Shown: positions 20,035-31,220 of the stretch, one piece after another
Position numbering within the stretch: the first letter of the stretch is position 1
Layout of the letters: the number at the start of each line of letters is the position of its first letter
Assembly: GCA_963716725.1 (NCBI GenBank)
Contig: CAVQUB010000021.1
Coordinates: 384,440-448,439, forward strand
DNA length: 64,000 nt
Source of the DNA: an uncultured delta proteobacterium
Lineage (GTDB): Bacteria > Myxococcota_A > Polyangia > Polyangiales > Polyangiaceae
Direction: 5' to 3'
Position numbers and translations under genes: made by a program
The notes under the pieces: model-generated
What the model saw: only the letters and a program-made list of their open reading frames with translations
Databases searched by the model: none
Told to the model about the DNA's origin: nothing

Positions 20035-22752
20035 ATGAAACCCTTGCTGGAAAAACACTGGCACCACCTGCCTCGGGACGAGGTGCTGGACCTGCTCGAC
20101 ACCGATGCGAAGAAAGGCCTGGACCGTTTCGAGGTCGAGGAGCGACAGCAGAACTTCGGTCCCAACGTTCTGACGCAGCGCAAGGGCAAGGGGCCACTGC
20201 TGCGTTTCCTGCTGCAGTTTCACCAGGCGCTGGTCTATATCCTGCTGGCCGCGGTCGTGATCAAACTCATGCTGGGCGCCTGGGTGGATGCCAGCGTGAT
20301 TTTCGGCGTGGTCCTGCTCAATTCCATCATCGGCTTCGTGCAGGAGGGCAAGGCCCTGAGCGCACTGGCGGCGCTGGCAAGCGCGCTGACCACGGCTGCC
20401 ACTGTGGTGCGCGCCGGCGAGAAGCATCGCATAGACGCCCGTGAACTGGTGCCCGGCGATATTGTTTTACTGGCCTCCGGCGACAAGGTACCGGCGGACC
20501 TGCGCCTGCTGCACGACCGTAACCTGCAGATCGACGAATCCGCCTTGACCGGCGAGTCAGTGCCGGTGGAGAAGTGTTTGGGCGAACTGGCCCACGACGC
20601 CGTGCTGGCGGAGCGCGCCAACATGGCCTATTCCTCCACCCTGGTGACCTATGGCACCGGGGTCGGCGTAGTCACCGAAACCGGCGACAGCACCGAGATC
20701 GGCCGCATCTCAGAACTGATCGCCGGCGCCGAAGTGTTGGCCACGCCGCTGACCCGCAAGATTGCCCGCTTCAGTCACGTACTGCTCTATGCGATTATCG
20801 TGCTGGCAGGCCTGACCTTCGCCGTAGGCCTGTGGCACGGGGGCTCGGCGGTGGACATGTTTATGGCCGCCGTAGCGATGGCTGTCGCCATGATCCCGGA
20901 AGGACTACCCGCCGTCCTTACCATCACCCTGGCCATCGGTGTAGCACGCATGGCCAAACGCCATGCCATCATCCGCCATCTACCTGCAGTCGAGACCCTC
21001 GGCAGCACAACCGTGATCTGCTCGGACAAGACCGGCACCCTGACCCGCAACGAGATGACAGTGCAGCGTCTCTGGGCGGGTAACAAAATGGTCGAGGTCA
21101 CCGGCGTGGGTAACACGCCGCAAGGCGAACTGTCGCAAAATGGCCAGGCGCTGGCGCTCAGCGATCACACTGCCCTATCGGAATTGCTACGTGCTGGCCT
21201 GCTATGCAACGACGCAGTGCTCAAGCAGGAGAATGGCGCCTGGAAGATAGAAGGTGACCCCACCGAAGCTGCACTGCTGGTCGCGGCCGGCAAGGCCGGG
21301 GTCGATGCGGAAAAAACACATGAAGCCTACCCCAGACTCGATGCAATTCCCTTCGAGTCACAGCACCAGTACATGGCCACCCTGCATGGCGGTGACAAAC
21401 CGGTTATCTATCTCAAGGGCTCGGTCGAGAGCCTGCTTGCACGCTGTGCCGATGTCCTGAGCGCCGACGGTGAGAGCCGGCCGCTGGACACTGCCGAGGT
21501 GCATGCCCAGGTCGAGGCAATGGCGCGTCAGGGCATGCGGGTGCTGGCATTCGCCCGTCTCAATGTTCAACCGGATACCACAGCAGTCGATCACCCACAG
21601 GTTGAGGGCGGCCTCACCTTTATCGGGCTGCAGGGCATGATCGATCCACCACGCGAGGAGGCCATCCTCGCAGTCAAAGAATGTCAATCGGCAGGCATCC
21701 AGGTCAAGATGATCACTGGTGATCACGCCACAACGGCGGCAGCCATCGCGGGTCAGATCGGTTTGGGCGGCCCGCTGCCAGATGGCGAGGTCCCGGACGT
21801 GCTAACCGGTAGTGAACTGGCGGCGCTGAGCGACGCCGAACTTATAGACGCTGCCGCCGATATCGAGGTGTTCGCCCGCGTTACGCCGGAACAGAAGCTG
21901 CGCCTGGTGGAAGCCCTGCAAGCACGCGGCGAGGTGGCGGCCATGACCGGCGACGGGGTCAACGATGCCCCGGCCCTGCGCCGCGCTGATATCGGCGTGG
22001 CCATGGGCATCAACGGTACCGAGGTGTCGAAGGAGGCCGCCGACATGATACTTACCGACGACAACTTTGCCACCATCGGAGCGGCGGTGGAGGAAGGCCG
22101 TGGTGTATTCGCCAATCTAACCAAGTTCATCACCTGGATCCTGCCGACCAACGCCGGCCAGGGACTGGTGATTATCGTCGCGGTGATGGCGGCCCAGCCG
22201 TTGCCGGTATTGCCGGTGCAGGCGCTATGGATCAACATGACGACCGCCGTGCTGCTCGGCCTAGCCCTGGCCTTCGAGCCCAGGGAGCCGGGCATTATGC
22301 GGCGCCCGCCGCGCCGGCCGGATGTGCCTATCCTCGGCGGTGAACTGATTGTCCGCATCCTGCTGGTGGGTCTGCTGCTGCTGATCGGCGGCTTCGGTCT
22401 GTTCGAATGGGCCCTGTACCGGGGCGCCAGCGAAGACGAGGCGCGCACTATCGCGGTCAATGTGTTTGCCGTGGGGCAGTCCTTCTACCTGCTCAACTGC
22501 CGCTCGCTGCGCTTTTCGATGTTTCGCCTCGGTTTGTTCAGCAACCCGTGGATCTGGGCCGGTATCGCCGCCATGATAGTGGCGCAACTCCTGTTCACCT
22601 ATCTGCCGGTGATGAACTGGCTGTTCCATACCGCGCCAATCGGCTGGATGGACTGGCTGCACATCGTGTTGGTCGGACTGGTGATCTATCTGGCCATCGG
22701 TGCGGAAAAGGCGTGGCGGCTGCGGCGTGAGGCGGGTGACAGTGAAACATGA
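20035..22752 (+). CDS. Cation-transporting P-type ATPase (type IIA-like)
   Basis: TGES, PEGL, DKTGTLT, TGDGVNDAPAL. Confidence 0.95.
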   Translation: MKPLLEKHWHHLPRDEVLDLLDTDAKKGLDRFEVEERQQNFGPNVLTQRKGKGPLLRFLLQFHQALVYILLAAVVIKLMLGAWVDASVIFGVVLLNSIIGFVQEGKALSALAALASALTTAATVVRAGEKHRIDARELVPGDIVLLASGDKVPADLRLLHDRNLQIDESALTGESVPVEKCLGELAHDAVLAERANMAYSSTLVTYGTGVGVVTETGDSTEIGRISELIAGAEVLATPLTRKIARFSHVLLYAIIVLAGLTFAVGLWHGGSAVDMFMAAVAMAVAMIPEGLPAVLTITLAIGVARMAKRHAIIRHLPAVETLGSTTVICSDKTGTLTRNEMTVQRLWAGNKMVEVTGVGNTPQGELSQNGQALALSDHTALSELLRAGLLCNDAVLKQENGAWKIEGDPTEAALLVAAGKAGVDAEKTHEAYPRLDAIPFESQHQYMATLHGGDKPVIYLKGSVESLLARCADVLSADGESRPLDTAEVHAQVEAMARQGMRVLAFARLNVQPDTTAVDHPQVEGGLTFIGLQGMIDPPREEAILAVKECQSAGIQVKMITGDHATTAAAIAGQIGLGGPLPDGEVPDVLTGSELAALSDAELIDAAADIEVFARVTPEQKLRLVEALQARGEVAAMTGDGVNDAPALRRADIGVAMGINGTEVSKEAADMILTDDNFATIGAAVEEGRGVFANLTKFITWILPTNAGQGLVIIVAVMAAQPLPVLPVQALWINMTTAVLLGLALAFEPREPGIMRRPPRRPDVPILGGELIVRILLVGLLLLIGGFGLFEWALYRGASEDEARTIAVNVFAVGQSFYLLNCRSLRFSMFRLGLFSNPWIWAGIAAMIVAQLLFTYLPVMNWLFHTAPIGWMDWLHIVLVGLVIYLAIGAEKAWRLRREAGDSET

Positions 22753-23125
22753 AATGGTCCTGGACACTAAGCTGCCTGTCCGCGGTCATCAACGACCAAA
22801 GGATTTCAAAGCGGGTCGCGCGACATGGCGAGGTGATGGAGTTTAGGAAAGACAACAAGTTTGTTGAAAAGGTAACTGATAGATGAATGAGAATCCCATC
22901 TTAATATCAGACCCGTCCGTTATGGACTGGGTAGTCGGACTCATGCTTCCAGCTGGTCTTGGGATTGTAGGTGCCATAGTGGTATGGCGCACCGCCCGAA
23001 TGCTCAAGCGCTTAAGCAGAAAATCGAATCGGAAAGGAAGGTCGTCTGGAGAGAAGCCATGAGAAATCAGCAATGCGCGTCGCGGCGATCGATATTAGCT
23101 CTGTGGGATTGGCGATGGAAATTAT

Positions 23126-23308
23126 GTGCCGTTCATCGAACGGTTCTTTGACACCCGGACGGTGGACTTCGTACATGGCGTGGAAATCATTGCGCTGGGC
23201 ATGGCGCTTTTTATGATTCTTGAACTGGAAAAACTCGCACTGCGCAAGTGGCGCAGGAAGCACGATGGCCGCCACGGCAGTGCAGGGCGGAGCGAGGCCA
23301 AATCATGA
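23126..23308 (+). pseudogene. C-terminal remnant of a third P-type ATPase
   Basis: PFIERFFDT..LGMALFMILELEKL resembles the last TM of the two intact ATPases. Confidence 0.45.
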
Positions 23309-24972
23309 CGGTGTTCCCGGACGTGTTCACTGAGATGGCGGTGCTGCTGCTGTTTGCCGCGGCGGTGGGTGCTCTGGGCGTACGCCTGCGCCAGCCCTTG
23401 ATCGTCGCCTTTATCGCTGTGGGAATAATGGTTGGCCCGTCGGTGCTCGGTTGGGTCAGTGCGAACGACAAGGTCGATTTGCTGGCAAAGTTCGGGATCA
23501 CGCTGCTGCTGTTCGTCGTTGGCTTGAAACTGGACCTGCACATTATCCGCACCATGGGGCCGGTCGCCCTGGCGACGGGACTCGGCCAGGTGATATTCAC
23601 CAGCGTCGTCGGCTACCTGATCGGTTACGCCTTTGGCATGACGCCGGTCACGGCCCTGTATGTAGCGGTCGCGTTGACATTCTCCAGCACCATCATCATC
23701 GTCAAATTGCTTTCCGACAAACGCGAGGTGGATACGCTGCACGGTCGAATCGCCCTGGGTTTCCTGATCGTGCAGGATCTGGTCGTCGTGTTGGTCATGA
23801 TTGGCCTGAATGCCCTGGGTGCCAGCGGTGATGTCTCGTGGACCCAAGCGGCATTCGCCGTACTAGTCAAGGGTGTGGGGTTTCTTCTGCTGGTCGGGTT
23901 GGCGATGCGGTACCTGCTACCGCGGCTGCTCCACATGCTGTCACGCTCCCAGGAATTGCTGGTGTTGTTCGGCATTGCCTGGGGATTAGCCTTGGCGGCC
24001 CTTGGGGTGACGCTCGGTTTCAGCAAGGAGGTGGGTGCCTTTGTCGCCGGCGTGTCACTGGCCTCCACGCCTTACCGGGACGCCCTCGGCGCGCGCCTGA
24101 CGAGCGTGCGCGACTTTCTGTTGCTGTTCTTCTTTCTCGACCTGGGGGCGCAACTCGACCTGGGGCTGCTGGGTGCCCAACTGGTGGAGTCGCTGGTGTT
24201 CTCGCTGTTCGTCCTGATCGGTAATCCCCTCATCGTCATGGTCATCATGGGCGTACTGGGTTATCGCAGTCGTACCGGGTTCCTGGCCGGGCTCACGGTG
24301 GCGCAGATCAGCGAATTCTCCTTGATCCTGGGGGCGCTGGGTCTGAGCCTCGGCCACATAAGCGCCGAGACCATGGGCCTGATAACCCTGGTCGGGTTGA
24401 TCACCATCAGCGCCTCTACGTACATGATCATCTATTCTCATCCGCTGTATGAGCGCCTGGCGCCCTGGCTCGGGGTCTTCGAGCGCCGACAGCCTCATCG
24501 GGAGGCCGTGCAGGATAGCGTGCCGGATGATGCGGTGCCATTGGTCGTGTTGTTCGGGCTGGGGCGTTACGGCAACGGCATCGCCCGGACGTTGCGTGAA
24601 AGGGGCTGGCGGGTGCTCGGCGTCGATTTCAACCCGGACCTGGTTCGCGCGGGAGACGCCACGGGACACCCGGTCATGTTCGGAGATGCCGAAGATCCCG
24701 AGTACATCGCAACGTTGCCGCTTGGACGAACACATTGGGTAGTGAGTACAGCGCGTGAACGCCACGTCAATCTATCGCTTATCCACTCGCTGCGCAGTCT
24801 CGGTTACAGCCGCCGGATCGCTATTACGGTGCAATCGCCGGATGACGCGGCCAGACTGGAACATGCGGGCGCCGATCTGATTCTGGTGCCGTATGCGGAC
24901 GCCGCCCGCGAGGCGGCTGATCGTATCATGGGGCCGGGATATGAGCCGCAACCGTTACAGGAGGCGCAATGA
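23305..24972 (+). CDS. CPA2 cation:proton antiporter with TrkA-N domain (KefB/KefC-like)
   Basis: RQPLIVAFI, FSSTIIIVKLL, QISEFS, C-terminal GLGRYG and GDAED. Confidence 0.9.
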   Translation: MTVFPDVFTEMAVLLLFAAAVGALGVRLRQPLIVAFIAVGIMVGPSVLGWVSANDKVDLLAKFGITLLLFVVGLKLDLHIIRTMGPVALATGLGQVIFTSVVGYLIGYAFGMTPVTALYVAVALTFSSTIIIVKLLSDKREVDTLHGRIALGFLIVQDLVVVLVMIGLNALGASGDVSWTQAAFAVLVKGVGFLLLVGLAMRYLLPRLLHMLSRSQELLVLFGIAWGLALAALGVTLGFSKEVGAFVAGVSLASTPYRDALGARLTSVRDFLLLFFFLDLGAQLDLGLLGAQLVESLVFSLFVLIGNPLIVMVIMGVLGYRSRTGFLAGLTVAQISEFSLILGALGLSLGHISAETMGLITLVGLITISASTYMIIYSHPLYERLAPWLGVFERRQPHREAVQDSVPDDAVPLVVLFGLGRYGNGIARTLRERGWRVLGVDFNPDLVRAGDATGHPVMFGDAEDPEYIATLPLGRTHWVVSTARERHVNLSLIHSLRSLGYSRRIAITVQSPDDAARLEHAGADLILVPYADAAREAADRIMGPGYEPQPLQEAQ

Positions 24973-24993
24973 TTCTGAACCGGGAGGGAGCAT

Positions 24994-25500
24994 ATGAATA
25001 AGACGGATCAAGGTCTTGATTGGTCGACGGTCGTGTCGCGGGCGCTGCTGTTCTCAATCATGTGGTGGGCGCTCACCGATGGTACGGCCGGGTCCTTGTG
25101 GATCGGTGTGCCGGCGGTGATATGTGCGACGGTCGTCAGTGTGGCGCTGGTACCGCCGTTAGGTCTTGTCTGGAGGGAAGTGATGGGATTTGTACCCTTC
25201 TTCCTTTGGCATTCGCTGAAAGGGGGCGTGGATGTGGCGTGGCGGGCGTTTCATCCGCGTCTGCCAATCACGCCGGAACTTATTGAGTACCCGCTTCGAC
25301 TGCCGCCAGGCCTGCCAAGGGTGATCCTGGTCAATACGGTGAGCTTGCTGCCGGGTACGCTAAGCGCGGAACTGGGTGGCCAAGTATTGAAGGCTCATGT
25401 ATTGGATAGTCTGGGAGACTTTCTGGCTGAACTGGAGACTTTGGAACAACGCGTGGGGTGCATGTTTAGAAGCGCCTCTGATGATTTCCCGCGGAGGTGA
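24994..25500 (+). CDS. Na+/H+ antiporter subunit E (MnhE/MrpE-like)
   Basis: DVAWRAFHPRLPITP, NTVSLLPGTL. Confidence 0.8.
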   Translation: MNKTDQGLDWSTVVSRALLFSIMWWALTDGTAGSLWIGVPAVICATVVSVALVPPLGLVWREVMGFVPFFLWHSLKGGVDVAWRAFHPRLPITPELIEYPLRLPPGLPRVILVNTVSLLPGTLSAELGGQVLKAHVLDSLGDFLAELETLEQRVGCMFRSASDDFPRR

Positions 25501-26489
25501 ATGAGATGCAACGATTCAAAAAGATTCTTTGTGTAATGGAACATGGGGAGGCCAGTAAGCCCGCATTGGAAAGGGCGGTGGCACTGGCCGAGAACAACCA
25601 GGCTGAACTGATGGTTGTGGATGTGATTCCACGCTTATCGGCCGGTATCGGTATGCCCGATGGCAGCCCGATCTCTCGAGACTACCAGGCGGCAATGGTG
25701 AGCGAGCATGAAGCGCGGATAGCGGCCCTTGTTGAACCATACCTTCAACGACTTGATATCCAGCACAAGGTGTTGCTGGGGACATCCTTTCTCGAGGTCA
25801 TCCGAGCGGTATTGCGCAACGGGCATGATCTGGTGATCAAGTGTCCCGAATCGCCGAGCTGGCTGGATCGCTTTTTCTCCGGTGACGACATGCACCTGCT
25901 GCGTAAGTGTCCCTGCCCCGTCTGGCTTGTCAAACCTGAGGCACCCAGATCCTATAAACGCATCCTGGCAGCCGTGGATGTGGATGAATCGTATTTGCCA
26001 ACGGAGCTGGCGACACGGCACGCATTGAACGTTCAAATTCTGGAAATGGCGGCCTCCCTGGCGCTCTCGGAGTTCGCCGATCTGCATGTTGTGCATGTCT
26101 GGGATTCTGTTTACGAATCAATCAGCGGTTTTGTTATTTCATCAGATATATCGCCAGAGAAAGAAGCCTTGAATGTTGAACAAGAGCGGAGACAGCATCA
26201 ACAGTGGCTGGACACATTTTTGCGCAACAGTGGGAACAAAGCGACCCGGGATGCCCTGGGCTATCTCAAGTCCCAAACCCACCTGATAAAAGGGGGAGCC
26301 CGCAAGGAAATCCCGGCGCTGGCCAAACGTTTGCAGGTCGACTGCATCGTCATGGGGACCGTGGCACGTACGGGTATTCGCGGCTTCTTCATGGGCAATA
26401 CTGCGGAGACCATTCTCGAGCAGATCGATTGCTCGGTGCTGGCGATCAAACCGCCCGGCTTCGTCACCCCCGTCGCTCTGGAGGATTGA
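25497..26489 (+). CDS. Universal stress protein (UspE-like, tandem USP)
   Basis: LLRKCPCPVWLVK, IVMGTVARTGI.GFFMGNTAE.IL..IDCSVLAIKP. Confidence 0.9.
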   Translation: MNEMQRFKKILCVMEHGEASKPALERAVALAENNQAELMVVDVIPRLSAGIGMPDGSPISRDYQAAMVSEHEARIAALVEPYLQRLDIQHKVLLGTSFLEVIRAVLRNGHDLVIKCPESPSWLDRFFSGDDMHLLRKCPCPVWLVKPEAPRSYKRILAAVDVDESYLPTELATRHALNVQILEMAASLALSEFADLHVVHVWDSVYESISGFVISSDISPEKEALNVEQERRQHQQWLDTFLRNSGNKATRDALGYLKSQTHLIKGGARKEIPALAKRLQVDCIVMGTVARTGIRGFFMGNTAETILEQIDCSVLAIKPPGFVTPVALED

Positions 26490-26495
26490 TCGGGC

Positions 26496-27221
26496 ATGCA
26501 GCCTCTTTACCTGGCACTGTTTCTGCTGCTGAACCTGGGTGCCGGCATGTGGCGGGTCTTACGTGGTCCGACCGCCGCTGATCGTATGCTGGCCGCGCAG
26601 CTGTTAGCGATGGCGCCGCTCGGCCTGGTTTGGGTAATGGCCGGGCTGGTGCCGGCGATAACGATCTTGTTGGCTATGGCGGTCATCGCCTTGCTGGCGG
26701 GTAACAGTCTTTTTCATGGGGATATCGACTTGTCGGCTGAATCGGTAGGGAAATACGCACCTTCAGCAGCACCGGCTTCACGCCCTTGTAAGGCCCCGTT
26801 CATTTCAACATGGGTGGTTGCTGCACTGATCGTGGTCGCGACGCTTGCAGCAGGTTACCAACTCTTCCACGTCACAATAGGGGAAGCCGTCATGGGCCGC
26901 TTTATTGTCCTGGCGTCCATATCAATGGCAGTTCTGAACGCGAGATGGCGCGTGCTTCGACTGCCGGTCTTTGCTCCAGGTGATGTCCTGGTACCCATCA
27001 CCCAAGGTTTGGTGCTGGCCAGAGAAGGGGCTGGCCGATTACTTGCCCACTGTGTGGAACGCTGGACTGAAATCACGCAGGCACTGGATCGGCATGTGCG
27101 ATCCCTCATGACGAGAAGCGATATCGCCGGATTGCTGGAAGAGATGCTCCTTCGTTGGAGCCCTGCGCTGTCGCTGTTGTTGCTGCTGGGGTTATTGGTT
27201 GCATGGTTGGCGGCATCATGA
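26496..27221 (+). pseudogene. MnhF/MrpF N-terminus fused to an unrelated membrane-protein C-terminus
   Basis: RVLRGPTAADRMLAAQL, then loss of MrpF similarity. Confidence 0.55.
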
Positions 27222-27399
27222 TGTGTTTCGGAAAGTCGTTCATCTGGCAGAAGGCATCGATAATGAAACACCCGTTCGCACCACACTGCTGCTCTACAAG
27301 GCGAAAACCTTGCACGGTGTCGGGCTTCTGGCGTGATCCTTTGAGCCTGTTCGACTTTACCGTTATGGCGATCGCGCAATCCGACGCGGGGCGAGCTCG

Positions 27400-30084
27400 A
27401 TGAAGCTTGAACTTGACTTGGAAAGGCAAGCAATTACTGCCTGGCACACCTTGAAGGCGGACGAGTGCGCCTCGCGGTTGCAAGTGGAGGCCGCGAACGG
27501 GCTGGATCCGGCGGAGGTGCAGGAGCGCCTGGAGCACCATGGCGAAAACCGTCTTGCCGAGAAGCCACCACGGCCCAAATGGCTCGCCTTCCTTGATCAG
27601 TTCAAGAGCCTTCTGATCCTGGTGTTGGTCGGGGCCGCCTGGCTGGCGGGCGCCATCGGCGATATCAAGGACGCGGTGGTGATCATGATCGTGGTATTGT
27701 TCAATGCGTTGCTCGGCTTCTGGCAGGAACGCCGGGCCGAGCAAACATTGGCGGCGCTTAAGAAAATGCTCTCGCCAGCGGCCCGTGTGCGCCGCGGAGG
27801 CCGTGTCGAGGAGATCGACGCCAGGTATCTGGTGCCGGGAGACGTCGCGTTACTGGTAGCGGGTGGCCGGGTGCCGGCGGATGGTCGGCTGCTGGTCACC
27901 CACAATGCCGAGGTCGACGAGTCCGCGCTCACTGGCGAGTCCCACCCGGTGGGCAAAGAGGCGTACGGGCTGCTCCCGGACAAGGCACCGCTGGCTGAAC
28001 GCACCAACATGGCCTTCATGAACACGGTAGTTACCCGTGGACGGGCGGAATTGCTGGTGACCGGCACCGGTATGGCCACCGAGATGGGGCGGCTCTCCGA
28101 TATGTTGGCCGAGGCGGAGCCCGGCCCCACCCCGCTTCAGGTCCAGCTCGACGGGCTTGGTCACCGGCTGGCGCTAATCGCCGGCGTGGTGATCACGCTG
28201 ATCTTCTCCCTGGGATTGCTACGGGGCGAGCCATTGGTGCAGACCGTCCTCACCTCTATCGCATTGGCGGTGGCCGCCATACCGGAAGGTTTGCCGGCCG
28301 TGGTGACGTTGACACTCGCCATCGGCATGCACCGCATGGCCCGGCACCGTGCCATCGTCAAGAAGTTGGCTGCGGTGGAAACCCTCGGCTGCACCACGGT
28401 TATCTGCTCGGACAAGACCGGCACCCTCACCCTGAACCAGATGACCGCGCGCGCCCTGGTCTACGGAGGACGGCGTTTTGCGGTCTCCGGTGAGGGTTAC
28501 GCCGCAGAGGGAATGATCGAAGCAGAGGACGGCAGCCTGCTGCCGGCTCTCGAGCCGCTACTGCATCCAGCGGCGCTGGCTAATGACAGCCGCATTCGCG
28601 ACGGGCAGCTGATCGGTGATCCCACCGAAGGGGCATTGCTAGCACTGGTGGCCAAAGGCGGGCTGGATGTTGAGTCACTAGCGGCGCACCATCCGCGCAT
28701 CGCCGAGATCCCCTTCGATTCAGCACACAAATTCCAGGCCACCTTCCACCAAGATGGCGAATTGGTGCACCTCTACGTGAAAGGCGCGCCGGACGTGCTG
28801 CTCGCCCGCGCAAGCCGCCAGCTCGAACCCGACGGTGCCCGCCCGCTGGATGCGGGTTACTGGCAGGCCGAGAACGAACGGCTCGCCGGCAGCGCCATGC
28901 GGGTCTTGGCGGTGGCCGCCAAGACCCTCCCGGCAAAGGCGTTCGACCCGGCTGGCGATTTGATGGTCCATGTGGCCGAGCTCGATTTTGCCGCGCTGAT
29001 CGGCATCATCGACCCGCCGCGCCCGGAGGCACGCGATGCCATCGCCCTGTGCCGACGCGCCGGGATTGAGGTCAAGATGATCACCGGCGACCACAAGATT
29101 ACCGCCGCCGCTATCGCCCGGGAACTGGGGCTGGAGGGCGAGGTGATCGAGGGGTGGGAGCTGGATGCGCTTTCGGCAGAGACGCTGGCTACGAAGATCA
29201 AAGACATTGCTGTGTTTGCTCGTGTCGCCCCAGAGCACAAGGTGCGCATCGTGCAGGCGCTGAAGGCCGACGGCCACGTCACTGCCATGACCGGCGATGG
29301 GGTCAACGACGCCCCGGCGCTGAAACACGCCGATATCGGTGTGGCCATGGGCGTAACCGGTACCGAGGTGACCAAGGAAGCGGCCACCATGGTACTGACC
29401 GACGACAACTTCGCCACCATTGTGCGGGCGGTCAGGGAGGGACGCGCCATCTACGACAACATCGTCAAGTTCGTGCGCTTCCAGCTCTCCACCAACATGG
29501 GTGCCATCCAGACCGTGCTGGGCGCGAGCCTGCTGGGCTGGTCCACGCCATTCACCGCGATCCAGATCTTGTGGATCAACATCATCATGGACGGCCCGCC
29601 GGCCATGAGCCTGGGCGTGGAGCCCGCGCGCGACGGGATCATGGACGAGCCGCCGCGACAGACTGATGCCCGCATACTGACCGGGCCGAGGCTGGGGCGC
29701 CTGCTTGTTTACGGTCTGACCATGGCGGTCGGCACGCTGGGTCTGTTCCACTACGCCCAGCCCCGGGGCGAGGCCTATGCCCTGACGCTGGCCTTTACCA
29801 CCTTCGTGCTGTTCCAGTTCTTCAACCTGTTTAATGCCCGCGCCGAGCACGGTTCGGCGTTCAATGGTCACTTCTTCCGTAACCGCTGGATATGGCTCTC
29901 CTTGGCGGCGGTGCTGACGCTGCAGGCATTGGTTGTCCATTGGGCGCCCTTGCAAGACGTATTCGGCACCGCCGACCTGCAGCTTTCGGACTGGGGTTTA
30001 TCAGCGTTGGTCGCTTCAAGCGTGCTGCTGCTGGACGAGGGACGCAAGCTGATTCTGCGGCTGTCCACAGGTGGTTCGCGATGA
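27400..30084 (+). CDS. Cation-transporting P-type ATPase (second)
   Basis: TGES, IPEGLP, DKTGTLT, QILWINIIMDGPPA. Confidence 0.95.
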   Translation: MKLELDLERQAITAWHTLKADECASRLQVEAANGLDPAEVQERLEHHGENRLAEKPPRPKWLAFLDQFKSLLILVLVGAAWLAGAIGDIKDAVVIMIVVLFNALLGFWQERRAEQTLAALKKMLSPAARVRRGGRVEEIDARYLVPGDVALLVAGGRVPADGRLLVTHNAEVDESALTGESHPVGKEAYGLLPDKAPLAERTNMAFMNTVVTRGRAELLVTGTGMATEMGRLSDMLAEAEPGPTPLQVQLDGLGHRLALIAGVVITLIFSLGLLRGEPLVQTVLTSIALAVAAIPEGLPAVVTLTLAIGMHRMARHRAIVKKLAAVETLGCTTVICSDKTGTLTLNQMTARALVYGGRRFAVSGEGYAAEGMIEAEDGSLLPALEPLLHPAALANDSRIRDGQLIGDPTEGALLALVAKGGLDVESLAAHHPRIAEIPFDSAHKFQATFHQDGELVHLYVKGAPDVLLARASRQLEPDGARPLDAGYWQAENERLAGSAMRVLAVAAKTLPAKAFDPAGDLMVHVAELDFAALIGIIDPPRPEARDAIALCRRAGIEVKMITGDHKITAAAIARELGLEGEVIEGWELDALSAETLATKIKDIAVFARVAPEHKVRIVQALKADGHVTAMTGDGVNDAPALKHADIGVAMGVTGTEVTKEAATMVLTDDNFATIVRAVREGRAIYDNIVKFVRFQLSTNMGAIQTVLGASLLGWSTPFTAIQILWINIIMDGPPAMSLGVEPARDGIMDEPPRQTDARILTGPRLGRLLVYGLTMAVGTLGLFHYAQPRGEAYALTLAFTTFVLFQFFNLFNARAEHGSAFNGHFFRNRWIWLSLAAVLTLQALVVHWAPLQDVFGTADLQLSDWGLSALVASSVLLLDEGRKLILRLSTGGSR

Positions 30085-30146
30085 TCTGTACTGTTGCGTT
30101 ATGTGGGTATTGCATAAGGTAACATAAATGCTACTATATAGGTCAT

Positions 30147-30479
30147 ATGATAGAGGTTAGAGAATACCTCGATGCTGAGGGAAACAGTCCTTATGCCAAA
30201 TGGTTCGATCGTCTGAATGTGACCGCTGCGGTCAAGGTGGCGACGGCAGTTCATCGGATGGAGCTGGGTAACTTATCTAATGTTAAAGGTGTGGGTGCCG
30301 GCGTCTATGAGTACCGAATCGATTTTGGTCCTGGCTATCGAATCTACTTTGGCAAGGACGGAGACCGCTTGGTGATATTGCTCGCGGGTGGTACCAAGAA
30401 GCGGCAGGACGCAGACATTGCTGCTGCAAAAGAGCACTGGCGCGGCTATAAGCGCCGCAAACGGCAAGAGGTGACATGA
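30147..30479 (+). CDS. RelE/ParE-superfamily addiction-module toxin
   Basis: [38 protein letters not shown]. Confidence 0.88.
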   Translation: MIEVREYLDAEGNSPYAKWFDRLNVTAAVKVATAVHRMELGNLSNVKGVGAGVYEYRIDFGPGYRIYFGKDGDRLVILLAGGTKKRQDADIAAAKEHWRGYKRRKRQEVT

Positions 30480-30802
30480 TGGCTCTGACGAAAGATTTTA
30501 AGGACACCATACAGGCACGTGCCCAACGGGATCCCGCGTTTCGCAAGGCCCTGCTACAAGAAGGGGTCGAATGCCTGCTCGCTGGTGATGTCGATACCGG
30601 CAAGGCGGTATTGCGCGACTATATCAACGCGACGATCGGGTTCGAGGAACTCTCCCGGGTCTTCGACAAGTCGAGTAAGAGTTTGATGCGTATGTTCGGG
30701 CCGAAAGGGAATCCCCAGGCGAGTAACCTGTTTGCGGTGATCAATTACCTGCAGGAGCAGGAGGGGGTACGCCTGGAAGTCAAAGCCCGGAAAGTGGCCT
30801 AG
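30476..30802 (+). CDS. Addiction-module antitoxin (HTH)
   Basis: Overlaps the toxin stop; [19 protein letters not shown]. Confidence 0.85.
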   Translation: MMALTKDFKDTIQARAQRDPAFRKALLQEGVECLLAGDVDTGKAVLRDYINATIGFEELSRVFDKSSKSLMRMFGPKGNPQASNLFAVINYLQEQEGVRLEVKARKVA

Positions 30803-30862
30803 GGTGTTGTTTAGAAGTGTTCAAGCGGCAATTTTTTCGAGTATTTTGAAGGATTTTCTGAG

Positions 30863-31108
30863 CATGGTATATTTCATGGTATTAACAATTAGCAGGAAAA
30901 AAAGTCATTGAAAATGAAAGACAAAAATGGCTTGTTTACAATCGAGTGGGAGTAGGGTGTATTAGCAACTCATTGAAATATAGCGATAAAACAACTCTAA
31001 TTAATAATATAATCTGCATCATCAATGGTATTTTTTATGGTATTTTCTGCGGCTGGCAGAGCTAAAATCAGCGATACCATGAGAGGCGAACTGATGCAGT
31101 CATGGTAT
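30863..31108 (+). repeat. Junction J5: full attP-like element (246 bp)
   Basis: Left doublet 30863; core ATCGAGTGGGAGTAG 30941-30955; right arm to 31108. Confidence 0.9.
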
Positions 31109-31147
31109 TTTCAAAGCGCCGTTTAGATTCCAGTCTTTGATCCAGGA

Positions 31148-31220
31148 TGGCGTTATTGCGGGCTATAATCGCGCCATATATCCATGTAATATGGCGTGAA
31201 TAAGTGCTAGAATCACGCCA
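31148..31220 (+). promoter_or_regulatory. Second pair of TGGCG-N19-CGCCA palindromes before fic
   Basis: 31148-31176 and 31192-31220, same 44-bp period as at 6445/6489. Confidence 0.65.
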
